Below are positions 9,506-19,223 of a DNA stretch of 64,000 bases, piece after piece. The DNA is taken from positions 154,663 through 218,662 of the forward strand of contig CALXOZ010000001.1 in NCBI GenBank assembly GCA_944390195.1, read 5' to 3'. A program made the translations under genes and the position numbers. The notes beneath the pieces were generated by a model. That model did no database searches and was not told the DNA's origin. It worked only from the letters and a program-made list of their open reading frames with translations. The DNA comes from an uncultured Alphaproteobacteria bacterium. Its GTDB lineage: Bacteria; Pseudomonadota; Alphaproteobacteria; CAAGCB01; CAG-977. Positions within the stretch are counted from its first letter, which is position 1, and each line of letters opens with the position of its first letter.

Positions 9506-9534
9506 CCCCCTTGGTCTTCAAGGGGGTTTTTTTT
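9506..9534 (+). terminator. rho-independent terminator after tRNA-Arg
   Basis: Hairpin CCCCCttggtcttcaaGGGGG followed by a T8 tract. Confidence 0.7.
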
Positions 9535-10603
9535 AGATCTGTTCTTAAAATCGGTAAAAAAATTTTCTATCACATTTTTGTTCTTTTTAAGAATGGGAAA
9601 ATTTGGGGATAAAGCACCTCTTTTCTCCGGTAAACCGGAATTTTGGAATCAAAAGTGGGCGAATCGTTGAAAATTATCAATTTATCTTGTTTTTTTTATC
9701 TGAAGATTTAAAGGAAAACTTGGAAATCTCATTTGTTCCACACGATAGAATATTATTCTGAAATGAAGAACAAGCTCGCTTTTTTTTGTGAAACAAAAAT
9801 AACTGGATACTTTTTAGGATACAATTATCAGGTAAAGAATAAAAAAATACCAACTGTTTATTTTCCTGAACGGAATCATGTTGTTTAAACTTGGAATGTT
9901 TTTTGCTTTCATATCTTTTTCGTGAAAGGGGTTATAAATCTTCTCTCGCTGTTACACCGAAAATACTGATAGAGAAGATAAAATTTTTGATATTGATGAA
10001 GGTCTTACTGCGGATGATGGAATTTATATCTATAAAAAGTTCATTAATAATAACAGGATTTATTTCCTACCCTCTTTTCAAACATAAAAAAAAGTGCATT
10101 TTTTGTCGGGACGCGTTGTTATCTGTTTTTAAACTGGCTTATTTATATTTTTTACGCTTTATCAGACTTGAATTTTTGTTTTTTAGAAACCGGAATTTTG
10201 ATTTTTGCGTTTGTACATGGGGTTTGACCGGTTTTCACTTTGCTTTTCTTTATGCTGATCGTCACAAAACAAACTCAGAAAACTCTGTTGGATTTTTTCA
10301 AGATTGTGGCGGCATCCGTTCGGAATCAACTTTTATCAAGCCTATATTTTGCGCTATTTTTGTAAATAATTTTATTATTTTTCATTATTCAATTTAAAAA
10401 TACAATGTAAACTGAAGATTAGTTATCTTGTTTCAAGATTTAATCAAAATTTTTTATTGATTGTTAATTCTTTCCGTCAGACAAAAGAAAAGTGGTTTTC
10501 TTTTTTTATGGCTTCCAAAAGATCTTTATGAGGTTTTCTGATATTTTTACATATTTGTAAATTATACATTTAAATGATTATAACAATATTTTTGTTTTTA
10601 ATT

Positions 10604-11596
10604 TCAATTACTTAATACCGCTTTGATTCCTAACGCTATTTCGTAAGCTAAATTTATTGGAACAGCATTGCCAATCATTTTATAAGCATTATCAGTTGCA
10701 TTATAAATAAATTTAAACGTATCTGGAAATCCTTGAATTCGAGCTATTTCTCGTATCGTCATTCTGCGATATAAATGTTCTTTTTCTTTAACAAAACAAT
10801 ATTTGTTTTCCTTAATTTTTATCATTTTCGGTGCTTGAGGGTGTAACTGGCATTGACGTCCAGAAGCCTGGACGGTGTAGGCTTGTTCATCCCATGATTT
10901 TACACGGTTTCTACTCATAAAAATGGGAGAGTATGCACCAGTAAAATATTCATTATTGTTTATAGCTTCAGGATTGTGATGATTGTTTTTTCCCGCCGGG
11001 ACAGCAGTAAACTGTAAATCCCAAATAACATCTCGTAGGGTTTTTTTCTTATAATCGTTTACAGTTGAACCACATGGAAATCTAAAATGGATATTTAAAT
11101 CGTTTCTAAAACCAATATAAAATACTCTTTTCCTTTCTTCTGCAACTCCATAATCTTTTGCATTTACCATTGTTAGCGATACATCATAACCAGCTTCTTT
11201 AAACAGATTTAAAATACTTTGAACGGCTTCTGAATTTCTGTTTGCAAGCATTCCACTGACATTCTCAGCGAGAAAAAAGCGAGGCTGTTTTTCCTTTAAA
11301 ATTCTTATATAATCATAAAAGAGTCGTCCTCTTTCATCATTTATACCGCGTAAAGCTCCTGCTTCTGACCATGATTGGCATGGAGGACCTCCGATAATTC
11401 CATCAATTCCACATGGAAAATCAGAAGCGCCTATCTTTCGAATATCACCCTCAATCAAATGTGTATGTGGATGATTTATTTTGAATGTTTCCCAAATGGT
11501 TTTATCAAACTCATTAGCAACAGGAATTTCAAATCCCGCTTGTTCAAATCCCAAATCTAAACCACCGCAACCACTAAAAAGACTGATAATCTTCAT
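10604..11596 (-). CDS. DNA (cytosine-5)-methyltransferase, M.NgoPII/M.HaeIII-like (GGCC)
   Basis: Near-collinear similarity to M.HaeIII/M.NgoPII as I remember them: [11 protein letters not shown] (motif I), GGPPCQSWS (motif IV PC), [41 protein letters not shown] present. Confidence 0.9.
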   Translation of the reverse strand: MKIISLFSGCGGLDLGFEQAGFEIPVANEFDKTIWETFKINHPHTHLIEGDIRKIGASDFPCGIDGIIGGPPCQSWSEAGALRGINDERGRLFYDYIRILKEKQPRFFLAENVSGMLANRNSEAVQSILNLFKEAGYDVSLTMVNAKDYGVAEERKRVFYIGFRNDLNIHFRFPCGSTVNDYKKKTLRDVIWDLQFTAVPAGKNNHHNPEAINNNEYFTGAYSPIFMSRNRVKSWDEQAYTVQASGRQCQLHPQAPKMIKIKENKYCFVKEKEHLYRRMTIREIARIQGFPDTFKFIYNATDNAYKMIGNAVPINLAYEIALGIKAVLSN

Positions 11597-11615
11597 AAAG
11601 ATCTCCCTATATATA

Positions 11616-12452
11616 TTACTTACTAAATGAAATTAACTTCGCTTCGTTTAGTTGAGCGGGATTGTCAGGGTTTTTAATTCTAATATCTTCAATTTTTAAG
11701 TTTGGTGTTTTTTGCTCTAATTCTAAAAGATCTTGGGTATTATCAAACTGTCTCCATTTGTTATTGTTAATTATGCTCATAAAGTTAAAAGATTTGGATG
11801 TTGTTTTGTAAACATAATCAAAAACTCGCCAAGGATTTTCAATACCCCACATACCTCTAACTCTTAAATAAGTAATCCCTAACGGATCAATGCGATTAAT
11901 ATGTCCAAGCTCTCTTGTCTGAGCAAATTCTATTTCTGGAATCGTTTCAACACCGTTTTTAATGGTTTCTTTTATTTTTTGATAACACTCCTCGGAAGCA
12001 CAATAGTCCATTCCATAAACCATACAGAGCTGCTTTAGTTTATTGTTTTTTACAACACCTACCACATAAATTATATCTTTTTCTGACCAATTTTCAGCTT
12101 CTCGACAAGCTTTTGAAATCATAGGACTTGATGATTTAATTTTACGTTTTGGGTAGCTACTATTTAGAGCAAGAGCTGAACTCTCTTGCTCTATTTTTTT
12201 TACCTCAATCGCATCTCCATTTTTTAGCATCGCATCTGGTGGATTCGCATTATTTCCCAAATAAGAAAAAACATTTGAGATCATTTCAATTCTTTTGTTT
12301 CCCGATTGATCTAAGGTGTTGGCAAAGATATCTTTTACATATTCTTCCAGTGCGTCTCCAGTATTATTAGCACGGTTGTTTCCTAGATTATCATTAAGAA
12401 TTTGTGTTCTTGGATTTTCAATTAAATTTACAATAGCATTTATGATGTTCAT
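11616..12452 (-). CDS. type II restriction endonuclease, probable R.NgoPII-like (GGCC) partner of the methyltransferase
   Basis: 278-aa ORF 19 bp upstream of the methyltransferase on the same strand, in R-then-M order as in NgoPII. The length matches R.NgoPII. RBS AAGGAAA. Identity is by context; the endonuclease sequence itself was not independently recognised. Confidence 0.6.
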   Translation of the reverse strand: MNIINAIVNLIENPRTQILNDNLGNNRANNTGDALEEYVKDIFANTLDQSGNKRIEMISNVFSYLGNNANPPDAMLKNGDAIEVKKIEQESSALALNSSYPKRKIKSSSPMISKACREAENWSEKDIIYVVGVVKNNKLKQLCMVYGMDYCASEECYQKIKETIKNGVETIPEIEFAQTRELGHINRIDPLGITYLRVRGMWGIENPWRVFDYVYKTTSKSFNFMSIINNNKWRQFDNTQDLLELEQKTPNLKIEDIRIKNPDNPAQLNEAKLISFSK

Positions 12453-12951
12453 ATAATATTTCCTTTTTGCACAAGTATAATTAAAAATTTTTTATATTAA
12501 AATAAAAATTTTTTAATTATAATTTGTAGGTATATACTTACCATTTCAAGTGAACTAACGAAAGATGGTATTAAAAAATTAAGTTGTATAAAATTAAAAT
12601 TCTTATAATGTCTTTGTATATCCTTATGTTATGTGAAAATATTTTGAACACATGTTTTTTATATTTATTGAAAAAATACAATTAAAATAAAAAAAATATA
12701 TTTTTATTTATAAATCGGTTTCCGTTTATTGTTTTTCTTTTATTTTCTTTATGATAATGGGGCGTTGGAGCTAACAGGTAAAAGCAATCTATAAGTTCTC
12801 TTACTTAATTGTAAAGGAATTAAAAGGAAGTGCTTTTAATATTCCAAGAGGGTCATTTTTAATGTTTTTTATAAAGATAGTCTGTTTTTTTACTCTTGTG
12901 TTATGAATCATACTTTATTTTAAAATTTTTGAGAATTGGCAGGAAAGTGAT

Positions 12952-13548
12952 ATGTCGGAAAACGATTTTTTAGAAATGGCTCGAAATAATCAAAAAAAAG
13001 CTTTTGATATTATCCGGAAGTTGAAAATTTATGAAAACTGGGAAGTGATCGGGGCAAAAGTGAATCTGATTGGGTCTTTAAAGACAGGGGTGTTGATGAA
13101 GCATTTAGACATTGATTTTCATGTTTATACAACGGATTTAAAAATCGAAGATAGTTTTAAAGCTATAGGCGGTATTGCCTGTAACAAAGGGGTTATGAAA
13201 GTAATTTATATGAATTTGTTGGATCATAAGGATGCTTGTTTGGAATGGCATATGTTTTATCAAGACGACGACGGGCGAGAGTGGCAAATTGATATGATTC
13301 ATATTGTCAAAGGGTCGTATTATGACGGATACTTTGAAAAAGTTGCCGACCGGATAAATCAATGTGCAACAGACGGGCAAAAAGAAAGAATTTTACGATT
13401 AAAATATGAAACACCGGAAACGTTTCAGATCCCCGGTATAGAGTATTGCCAAGCCGTTTTGCAAGAAGATGTAAAATCTTTCAACGAATTGTTGGAGTGG
13501 AGGAAAAACAAACCGATGAAAGATATTATCGAATGGTTGCCCGAATGA
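12952..13548 (+). CDS. Pol-beta-superfamily nucleotidyltransferase-fold protein (ANT/Lnu-like or stand-alone defense nucleotidyltransferase)
   Basis: Canonical nucleotidyltransferase motif hG[GS]-x10-DhD (LIGSLKTGVLMKHLDIDFHVY), as in AadA/ANT(2'')/Lnu enzymes. 198 aa. AGGAAAG RBS. Sits divergently from the R-M operon inside the islet. Confidence 0.6.
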   Translation: MSENDFLEMARNNQKKAFDIIRKLKIYENWEVIGAKVNLIGSLKTGVLMKHLDIDFHVYTTDLKIEDSFKAIGGIACNKGVMKVIYMNLLDHKDACLEWHMFYQDDDGREWQIDMIHIVKGSYYDGYFEKVADRINQCATDGQKERILRLKYETPETFQIPGIEYCQAVLQEDVKSFNELLEWRKNKPMKDIIEWLPE

Positions 13549-14266
13549 TATTTTTTTAACTATTCTTTATTTATAAAGATAATCTATTATATAATTGTTT
13601 ATTGTTTTATTTGTTTTTTTTATTTTATTGTTTTTTTGATAAAAATTTAATATTATTTTATTTTGTTGAAATAATTTTATTTTTTAAAAAAGTTTAAGAT
13701 TTTATATGCTCTTTTTAAGAGATTTATTAAAGTTGTTCTGTTTTTTTATTTCAAATATACATTTAAACGAATTATATTTTTATAAATTTACATTCATTTA
13801 TGTTTAAATTAGATGCATAAAAATGTAAAAATAACCTTCCTCTTTTTTTATATAGCTGAAATTATCTTTCGCGGGTTGAGAGCCGTTTCAAATTTTGAAT
13901 ATGTATGACAAGCTAATCCATTAGTTAATTCTCCTTTTCCTTTCCGAATAATTCTTACGAGTTATTTATTTTCTCGATAAAGATATTTTTTTCTTTTTTA
14001 AACAATTTTTGAAACAGATCCGTTGTGAATTTTTATTCGTGAGTATAAATTACATTCAGATAAAAATAAAAAAATCCCTTTCCATTTTGATTTAGTTAAA
14101 ACAATATTTAAAACAATATTTACTTCTTCGTTTGTTTCAGGATTGGTTTACTCAAGTAATCCCTTCTTTTTCTACTTTCATTTGTTCCTTGAGAGGATCT
14201 CTATTATAGCATAAATACTGCTGTTTCTAAAAAAATGTATTAACAGTCAAAACACGCCATAAATAT

Positions 14267-14296
14267 TAAAAAGCCCTCGTTTGAGGGCTTTTTTCT
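14267..14296 (-). terminator. rho-independent (bidirectional) terminator downstream of htpG
   Basis: AAAAAGCCCTCgtttGAGGGCTTTTTT hairpin flanked by A- and T-tracts. Confidence 0.6.
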
Positions 14297-14310
14297 GGTT
14301 TTCGAGCTTT

Positions 14311-16170
14311 TTATTCGACGGCCGACATCATGAAATCCGTTACACGTTGAGAAAAAGCGGCAGGATCTTTAATCGGTTCGCCTTCAATGATTTTTGCTTG
14401 ATCGAATAAAACCTGTACCAAAGCTTTGTTTGTATCGCTTGTATCTCCGGCGGCGACCTTTGCAGCCAGTTTTTTGATCAATGGATGACGCGGATTGATA
14501 TCAAAGTAACGGTTGCTTACATACAAAGACGGTTGATTGTGTTGACGCATCAAGCGTTCAAGGTGGATCGAAGCTTCTCCATCTCCTGTTGACAGAGCAA
14601 CCGGGCTTTTAGTTAAACGCTCTGTCGTTCTGACTTCTTTGACTTCATCGCCGACGATTTCCTTGATGAATTTTTTCAAAGCATCCAAATCCGCTTGAGG
14701 CGCTTTTTCTATTTTATCTGATTGATCCGTAATTAATAGAGTTTCCAATTCTTGAGCTCCGGCATTAACGGATTTAATCGGTTTTTCCTTATATTGCGTC
14801 AATCCTTGAGGCCAAAATTCATCAATCGGGTCTGTTAACAACAGGACTTCAATCCCACGGGAGGCAAAGCCTTCCAGTTGAGGATTGTTGCGTAATACGG
14901 CCAAGTCGTCCCCTGTAATATAGTAAATGCTTTTTTGTCCGTCTTTCATACGGGAAATATAATCGGCCAAAGTTGTCAACTCTTCTGAATTTGTAGAATA
15001 AAAACGGCAAAGTTCGGCGATTTCCTCCCGATTGTAAGAGTCTTCAAAGATCCCTTCTTTTAAAACGGCACCAAAAGCGTCCCAAAATACCGAATATTCT
15101 TTTTCATTCTCACTTCTTTTTTTCAATTCGCCCAGAATACGGCGGACGACACCCGTTTTAATCTTTGATAAGACAGGAGTTTTTTGTAACATTTCACGTG
15201 AAACGTTCAAGGGGAGTTCTTTTGTATCGATGACCCCTTGAATGAAACGAAGGTAATTCGGCAACATATCCGGTACTTGATCCGTAATGAAAACTCTGTT
15301 GATGTATAATTTGATTTGTGCATTACGGTTGGGCTGGAAAATGTCATAGGGGGTCTTTGTCGGAATGAACATCAATGCCGTATATTCTATCGTCCCTTCC
15401 GCCTTGTAGTGTAAAATATCCCACGGATCGTCAAAAGCATGAGAGATGTGACGGTAAAAATCTTTATATTGCGCTTCAGTGATCTCGGCTTTGTTCCTTG
15501 TCCATAAAGCGCTGGCCAAGTTGATCGTTTCCGTTTCCCCCATGTAATGCATGATGACCGGGAAGGAAATATGATCTGAAAATTGGCGTACGATCCGCCG
15601 GACTTCAGCCGCTTCGGCATAATGATAGGCGTCCGGTTTCAAGTAAAGGGTTATTTTTGTTCCGCGGGTAACATCTTGTTCTTCGGTGATCGTAAAAGAT
15701 CCTTTTCCAGTCGATGTCCATAACCAGCCTTCTTCTTCTCCGGCCTTGCGGGAACGGACTTCAACCTTTTCCGCAACCATGAAAGCGGAATAAAAACCGA
15801 CGCCGAATTGACCGATTATCGTTGCGTCCTTTTGTTTGTCACCGGTCAGGTTGTTTAAAAACTCAGCCGACCCCGAACGCCCGATTGATCCCAAGTCTTT
15901 TATCAGGTCTTGTTTGTTCATGCCGATGCCGTTGTCGTCTATCGTCAAAGTGTGGGCATCTTTGTCCGGATAAATGTTTATTTTAAATTCTCCGTCCCCT
16001 TTTGCAATATCCGGTTTCATAATTGCTGCGTAACGTAACTTGTCACAAGCGTCCGAAGCGTTTGAAATCAATTCTCTTAAAAAGATGTCCGTATCCGAAT
16101 AAAGAGCGTTGACAACTATATCTAAAATTTTGCCGACTTCAGCTTGAAATTGCATTTTTTCTTCCGACAT
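14311..16170 (-). CDS. htpG: molecular chaperone HtpG (Hsp90)
   Basis: MSEEKMQFQAEVGKILDIVVNALYSDTDIFLRELISNASDACDKLRY is the classic Hsp90 N-terminal ATPase signature. Full-length, 619 aa. Confidence 0.95.
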   Translation of the reverse strand: MSEEKMQFQAEVGKILDIVVNALYSDTDIFLRELISNASDACDKLRYAAIMKPDIAKGDGEFKINIYPDKDAHTLTIDDNGIGMNKQDLIKDLGSIGRSGSAEFLNNLTGDKQKDATIIGQFGVGFYSAFMVAEKVEVRSRKAGEEEGWLWTSTGKGSFTITEEQDVTRGTKITLYLKPDAYHYAEAAEVRRIVRQFSDHISFPVIMHYMGETETINLASALWTRNKAEITEAQYKDFYRHISHAFDDPWDILHYKAEGTIEYTALMFIPTKTPYDIFQPNRNAQIKLYINRVFITDQVPDMLPNYLRFIQGVIDTKELPLNVSREMLQKTPVLSKIKTGVVRRILGELKKRSENEKEYSVFWDAFGAVLKEGIFEDSYNREEIAELCRFYSTNSEELTTLADYISRMKDGQKSIYYITGDDLAVLRNNPQLEGFASRGIEVLLLTDPIDEFWPQGLTQYKEKPIKSVNAGAQELETLLITDQSDKIEKAPQADLDALKKFIKEIVGDEVKEVRTTERLTKSPVALSTGDGEASIHLERLMRQHNQPSLYVSNRYFDINPRHPLIKKLAAKVAAGDTSDTNKALVQVLFDQAKIIEGEPIKDPAAFSQRVTDFMMSAVE

Positions 16171-16250
16171 TATAACCTCCCAATAATAATTGTTTTTTTA
16201 ATTAGGTGTTTGTTTTTTAAATTTCAACCCTGTCATGAAAGTTTTCTGTT

Positions 16251-18776
16251 ATGGAATGCAACCTGAGCGCTTTACTTGGACCGACAAATACAGGAAAGAC
16301 ATATCTTGCCGTTGAAAAGATGCTGACATGCAAATCGGGCATGATCGGTTTTCCTTTGCGATTGTTGGCTCGTGAAAATTACGACCGGATTGTGCGTCAA
16401 AAAGGTTTTGATGCTGTCGCTTTGATTACGGGTGAAGAAAAAATCATGCCTGAAAACCCGTCTTATTTCGTTTGTACTGTCGAGGCTATGCCACTTGAAA
16501 GACCTGTCGATTTTTTAGCCGTTGATGAAATTCAAATGGCTGCGGACGTTGAACGGGGGCATATTTTTACAGATCGTTTGCTTTCTGCGCGAGGGGTTCG
16601 CGAAACAATGTTTTTAGGAGCGGAAACAATCAAACCGTTGTTAAAAAAATTGATCCCTCAGATACAAATTGAAACAAGACCGCGTTTTTCAAAATTGACA
16701 TACACGGGAATAAAAAAAATAACGCGTTTGCCGCCGCGTTGTGCGATTATCGGTTTTTCCATTCAAGACGTTTATGCTTTGGCGGAATTGATCAGACGTC
16801 AAAAAGGCGGGGCGGCTGTTGTCATGGGAGCCTTAAGCCCTCGTACACGCAACGCTCAAGTCGATATGTTTCAATCCGGTGAGGTCGATTATTTGATCGC
16901 AACCGATGCTATCGGCATGGGGTTGAATATGGATGTCGATCATGTTTGTTTTACGGCGTTACGAAAGTTCGACGGTCAAAAAATGCGTTTTTTGTCGGCG
17001 GCGGAGTTGGCTCAAATTGCGGGACGGGCTGGACGGTATATGAAAAACGGCACGTTCGGGTCTGCCGCAGAGGCTTCCGCCTTGCCTCAGGATGTGATCG
17101 ACCGAATCGAAGAACACCGCTTTGAATCGCTTTCGCATTTGTTTTGGCGTAATTCCGACTTGAAAATGACTTCGTTGGAAGCCTTGATTTACAGCTTGAA
17201 TGTCAAGCCTTCAATGCCGGGGTTGGTTTCCGCCAGAAAAGCGGAAGATCATCAAGTCTTGGAAGTTTTAATGAAAAATGAATCGATCCTGCGTTCGGCA
17301 ACTCACCCTTCCCGCATAAAATTGTTGTGGGATGTTTGTCAGATACCCGATTTCGGAAAAGTAAGCCCTCAAGCTCATGCCCGATTGCTGGCTCAAGTAT
17401 ACAATCATATCCTGAACAAAGGGAAATTGCCTCAAGATTGGTTTGAAAAGCAAATAAAAATAATAGACAATGTCAACGGTGATATTGATGTTATTACAGG
17501 ACGTATTGCAGGAATTAGAATTTGGACGTATATTGCTCAAAGAAAAGAATGGATCGACCGGTCGGCATACTGGCGAGACATGACAAGGGCTGTTGAAGAC
17601 AGGTTGTCTGATGCTTTGCATCAAAAACTGATTCGGCGGTTTGTGGATAAGAGAACATCTGTTTTGGTTAAGGGTATGAAAACACAAGTGGAATTATTTA
17701 CAAAAATAGAAGAGGACGGTTCTGTGGAAGTCGAAGGACAATCTGTCGGAAAAATTCAGGGATTGCGTTTTATTCCGATTACGGGAGCCGGAAAGTTTGC
17801 TGATCACGTTTTGATTTCTGCGGCTGAAAAAGCATTGCAAACAGAATTCCAAAACAGAATTTCTGCAATTCTTGATGCTCCTGATACAGATTTCGCATTG
17901 GAAAACGATGCGCAAATCACTTGGAAAGGACAAGGAATCGCCAAGATTCTCAAAGGTCGCGATATCCTGCATCCCGTTGTCAGCCTTAATGTCCATGAAA
18001 CAATAGAACAAACATCCATCGATCAAATGAAAACCAAATTGAACGGATGGTTGGAAGTCTGTCTGGCAAATAAAATCACGCCTTTGTTTACAGCATTGCG
18101 GATGTTGAGTGAAGAAAATTCTTCCGGATCCGCTCGCGGCATCCTTTGGCAGGTCGTTGAATGTTTGGGGACTATGCCCCGCGAAAAAGTCGCCGATTTG
18201 ATCAAAGGATTGAATGAAGCCGATAAAAAAGTTTTGGCTAAAGCGGGAATGCGTCTGGGACACGATTATTTGTTCTTTCCGATGCTGTTGAAGCCTGCTG
18301 CTCAAAGAATATGCGCCATTTTGTGGAAAGTCTGGTTCGAAAAAACCAAGTATGCAAACGGTTTCGCCATTGATGGAAAAATGTCGTTTGTTGCTGAACG
18401 AGGAGTTCCGCGTGCTTTATATCTTGTTCAAGGATATGCTTTGGCTGGGACGTGTGCGATCAGAGTTGATGTCATGGAACGCTTTACAGCAAGGTTGCGT
18501 GAAATTACAAGACAAGATAAAGGAAAACCCCAACTCTTTCCTTTGGAGTTGCTTTCCATTGCCGGTCTGAAAAGGGACGAAGCGGAAGACGTCTTCGGTT
18601 TTCTGGGGTTTAAGGTTATTAAAGAAAAACAAACCGTAACCGTCGGTGAAGAAACAAAAGAAACTGAAGTTTTAATGATTCAGCCTAAATTTAAAAAGCG
18701 TAAAACAGAGACGAAAACGGAAACCGTCGATATGGATTCTCCTTTTGCGGCTTTGGCTTCTTTGAAAAAGAAATGA
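16251..18776 (+). CDS. Suv3-like ATP-dependent (RNA) helicase
   Basis: Walker A GPTNTGKTY, DEIQ box and SAT-like motifs present. 841 aa. The same helicase/Hsp15 pairing is seen in many alphaproteobacteria. Confidence 0.75.
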   Translation: MECNLSALLGPTNTGKTYLAVEKMLTCKSGMIGFPLRLLARENYDRIVRQKGFDAVALITGEEKIMPENPSYFVCTVEAMPLERPVDFLAVDEIQMAADVERGHIFTDRLLSARGVRETMFLGAETIKPLLKKLIPQIQIETRPRFSKLTYTGIKKITRLPPRCAIIGFSIQDVYALAELIRRQKGGAAVVMGALSPRTRNAQVDMFQSGEVDYLIATDAIGMGLNMDVDHVCFTALRKFDGQKMRFLSAAELAQIAGRAGRYMKNGTFGSAAEASALPQDVIDRIEEHRFESLSHLFWRNSDLKMTSLEALIYSLNVKPSMPGLVSARKAEDHQVLEVLMKNESILRSATHPSRIKLLWDVCQIPDFGKVSPQAHARLLAQVYNHILNKGKLPQDWFEKQIKIIDNVNGDIDVITGRIAGIRIWTYIAQRKEWIDRSAYWRDMTRAVEDRLSDALHQKLIRRFVDKRTSVLVKGMKTQVELFTKIEEDGSVEVEGQSVGKIQGLRFIPITGAGKFADHVLISAAEKALQTEFQNRISAILDAPDTDFALENDAQITWKGQGIAKILKGRDILHPVVSLNVHETIEQTSIDQMKTKLNGWLEVCLANKITPLFTALRMLSEENSSGSARGILWQVVECLGTMPREKVADLIKGLNEADKKVLAKAGMRLGHDYLFFPMLLKPAAQRICAILWKVWFEKTKYANGFAIDGKMSFVAERGVPRALYLVQGYALAGTCAIRVDVMERFTARLREITRQDKGKPQLFPLELLSIAGLKRDEAEDVFGFLGFKVIKEKQTVTVGEETKETEVLMIQPKFKKRKTETKTETVDMDSPFAALASLKKK

Positions 18777-19147
18777 GTGATTCTCAAAGAATCGATAAGT
18801 GGCTTTATTTTACGCGATTTGCCAAAACGCGTTCGGTTGCGCAACAAATGATCGAAGGCGGGCATGTCGCTGTTAACGATGAAAAGGTTTTAAAGTCGAG
18901 TCGCGAAGTTAAAAACGGAGATCGTTTAACGATTTTACGCGGCTCGGTTCGTTTTTTTGTTCAAGTTTCAGGCTTTTGTGAAAAAAGAGTTGGGGCTGCC
19001 ATTGCAAAGACCTTATATGAACAAATCAAAGAACCTGAAAATTTGATGCCGCCTGTTAAAAGGGTTTTTGAATTTCGTGAGGCGGGAACGGGGCGTCCGA
19101 CAAAGCGTGACCGACGCGCAATCAATCGTTTAAAGGGAAGGTTTTAA
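18773..19147 (+). CDS. hslR: S4-domain RNA-binding heat-shock protein Hsp15-like
   Basis: RIDKWLYFTRFAKTRSVAQQMIEGGHVAVNDEKV matches the S4 fold. 4-nt overlap with the helicase gene. Confidence 0.75.
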   Translation: MSDSQRIDKWLYFTRFAKTRSVAQQMIEGGHVAVNDEKVLKSSREVKNGDRLTILRGSVRFFVQVSGFCEKRVGAAIAKTLYEQIKEPENLMPPVKRVFEFREAGTGRPTKRDRRAINRLKGRF

Positions 19148-19223
19148 TTCGCTTTTTTCTTATCAAAGATGATATCTCTTTTAGAAAATTTGAAAAAAGG
19201 GAGCCTCCCCTTCCCTTTCACGG

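Larger units (their letters stand above)
9500..14310. other. putative horizontally acquired defense islet next to tRNA-Arg (R-M system plus nucleotidyltransferase, flanked by AT-rich gene-free DNA)
   Basis: Begins at the tRNA 3' end. About 1 kb of AT-rich non-coding DNA, then an R-M pair on the minus strand, a nucleotidyltransferase on the plus strand, and about 0.75 kb of AT-rich non-coding DNA before htpG. No integrase recognisable. Confidence 0.45.

Noticed and set aside
8787-9521. 244-aa ORF-track version of rubrerythrin extending across tRNA-Arg
   Set aside because: The N-terminal 80 aa are low-complexity and overlap the tRNA and its terminator on the opposite strand. Rubrerythrin homology starts at the internal Met (9281), which has an RBS.
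9891-10397. 168-aa ORF in the AT-rich islet flank
   Set aside because: Phe/Ile/Leu/Lys-rich translation of AT-rich DNA. No RBS, no motif. The region is better treated as non-coding or decayed.
13866-13895. gcgggttgagagccgtttcaaat resembling the tRNA-Arg T-arm (gggtcgagcgttcgaat), a possible degenerate attR
   Set aside because: Similarity needs several indels and is only about 20 nt long. It cannot be distinguished from chance in AT-rich DNA without relatives for comparison.
17694-18305. 203-aa and 139-aa minus-strand ORFs inside the helicase gene
   Set aside because: Antisense shadow ORFs of a conserved Suv3-like helicase. No motifs.
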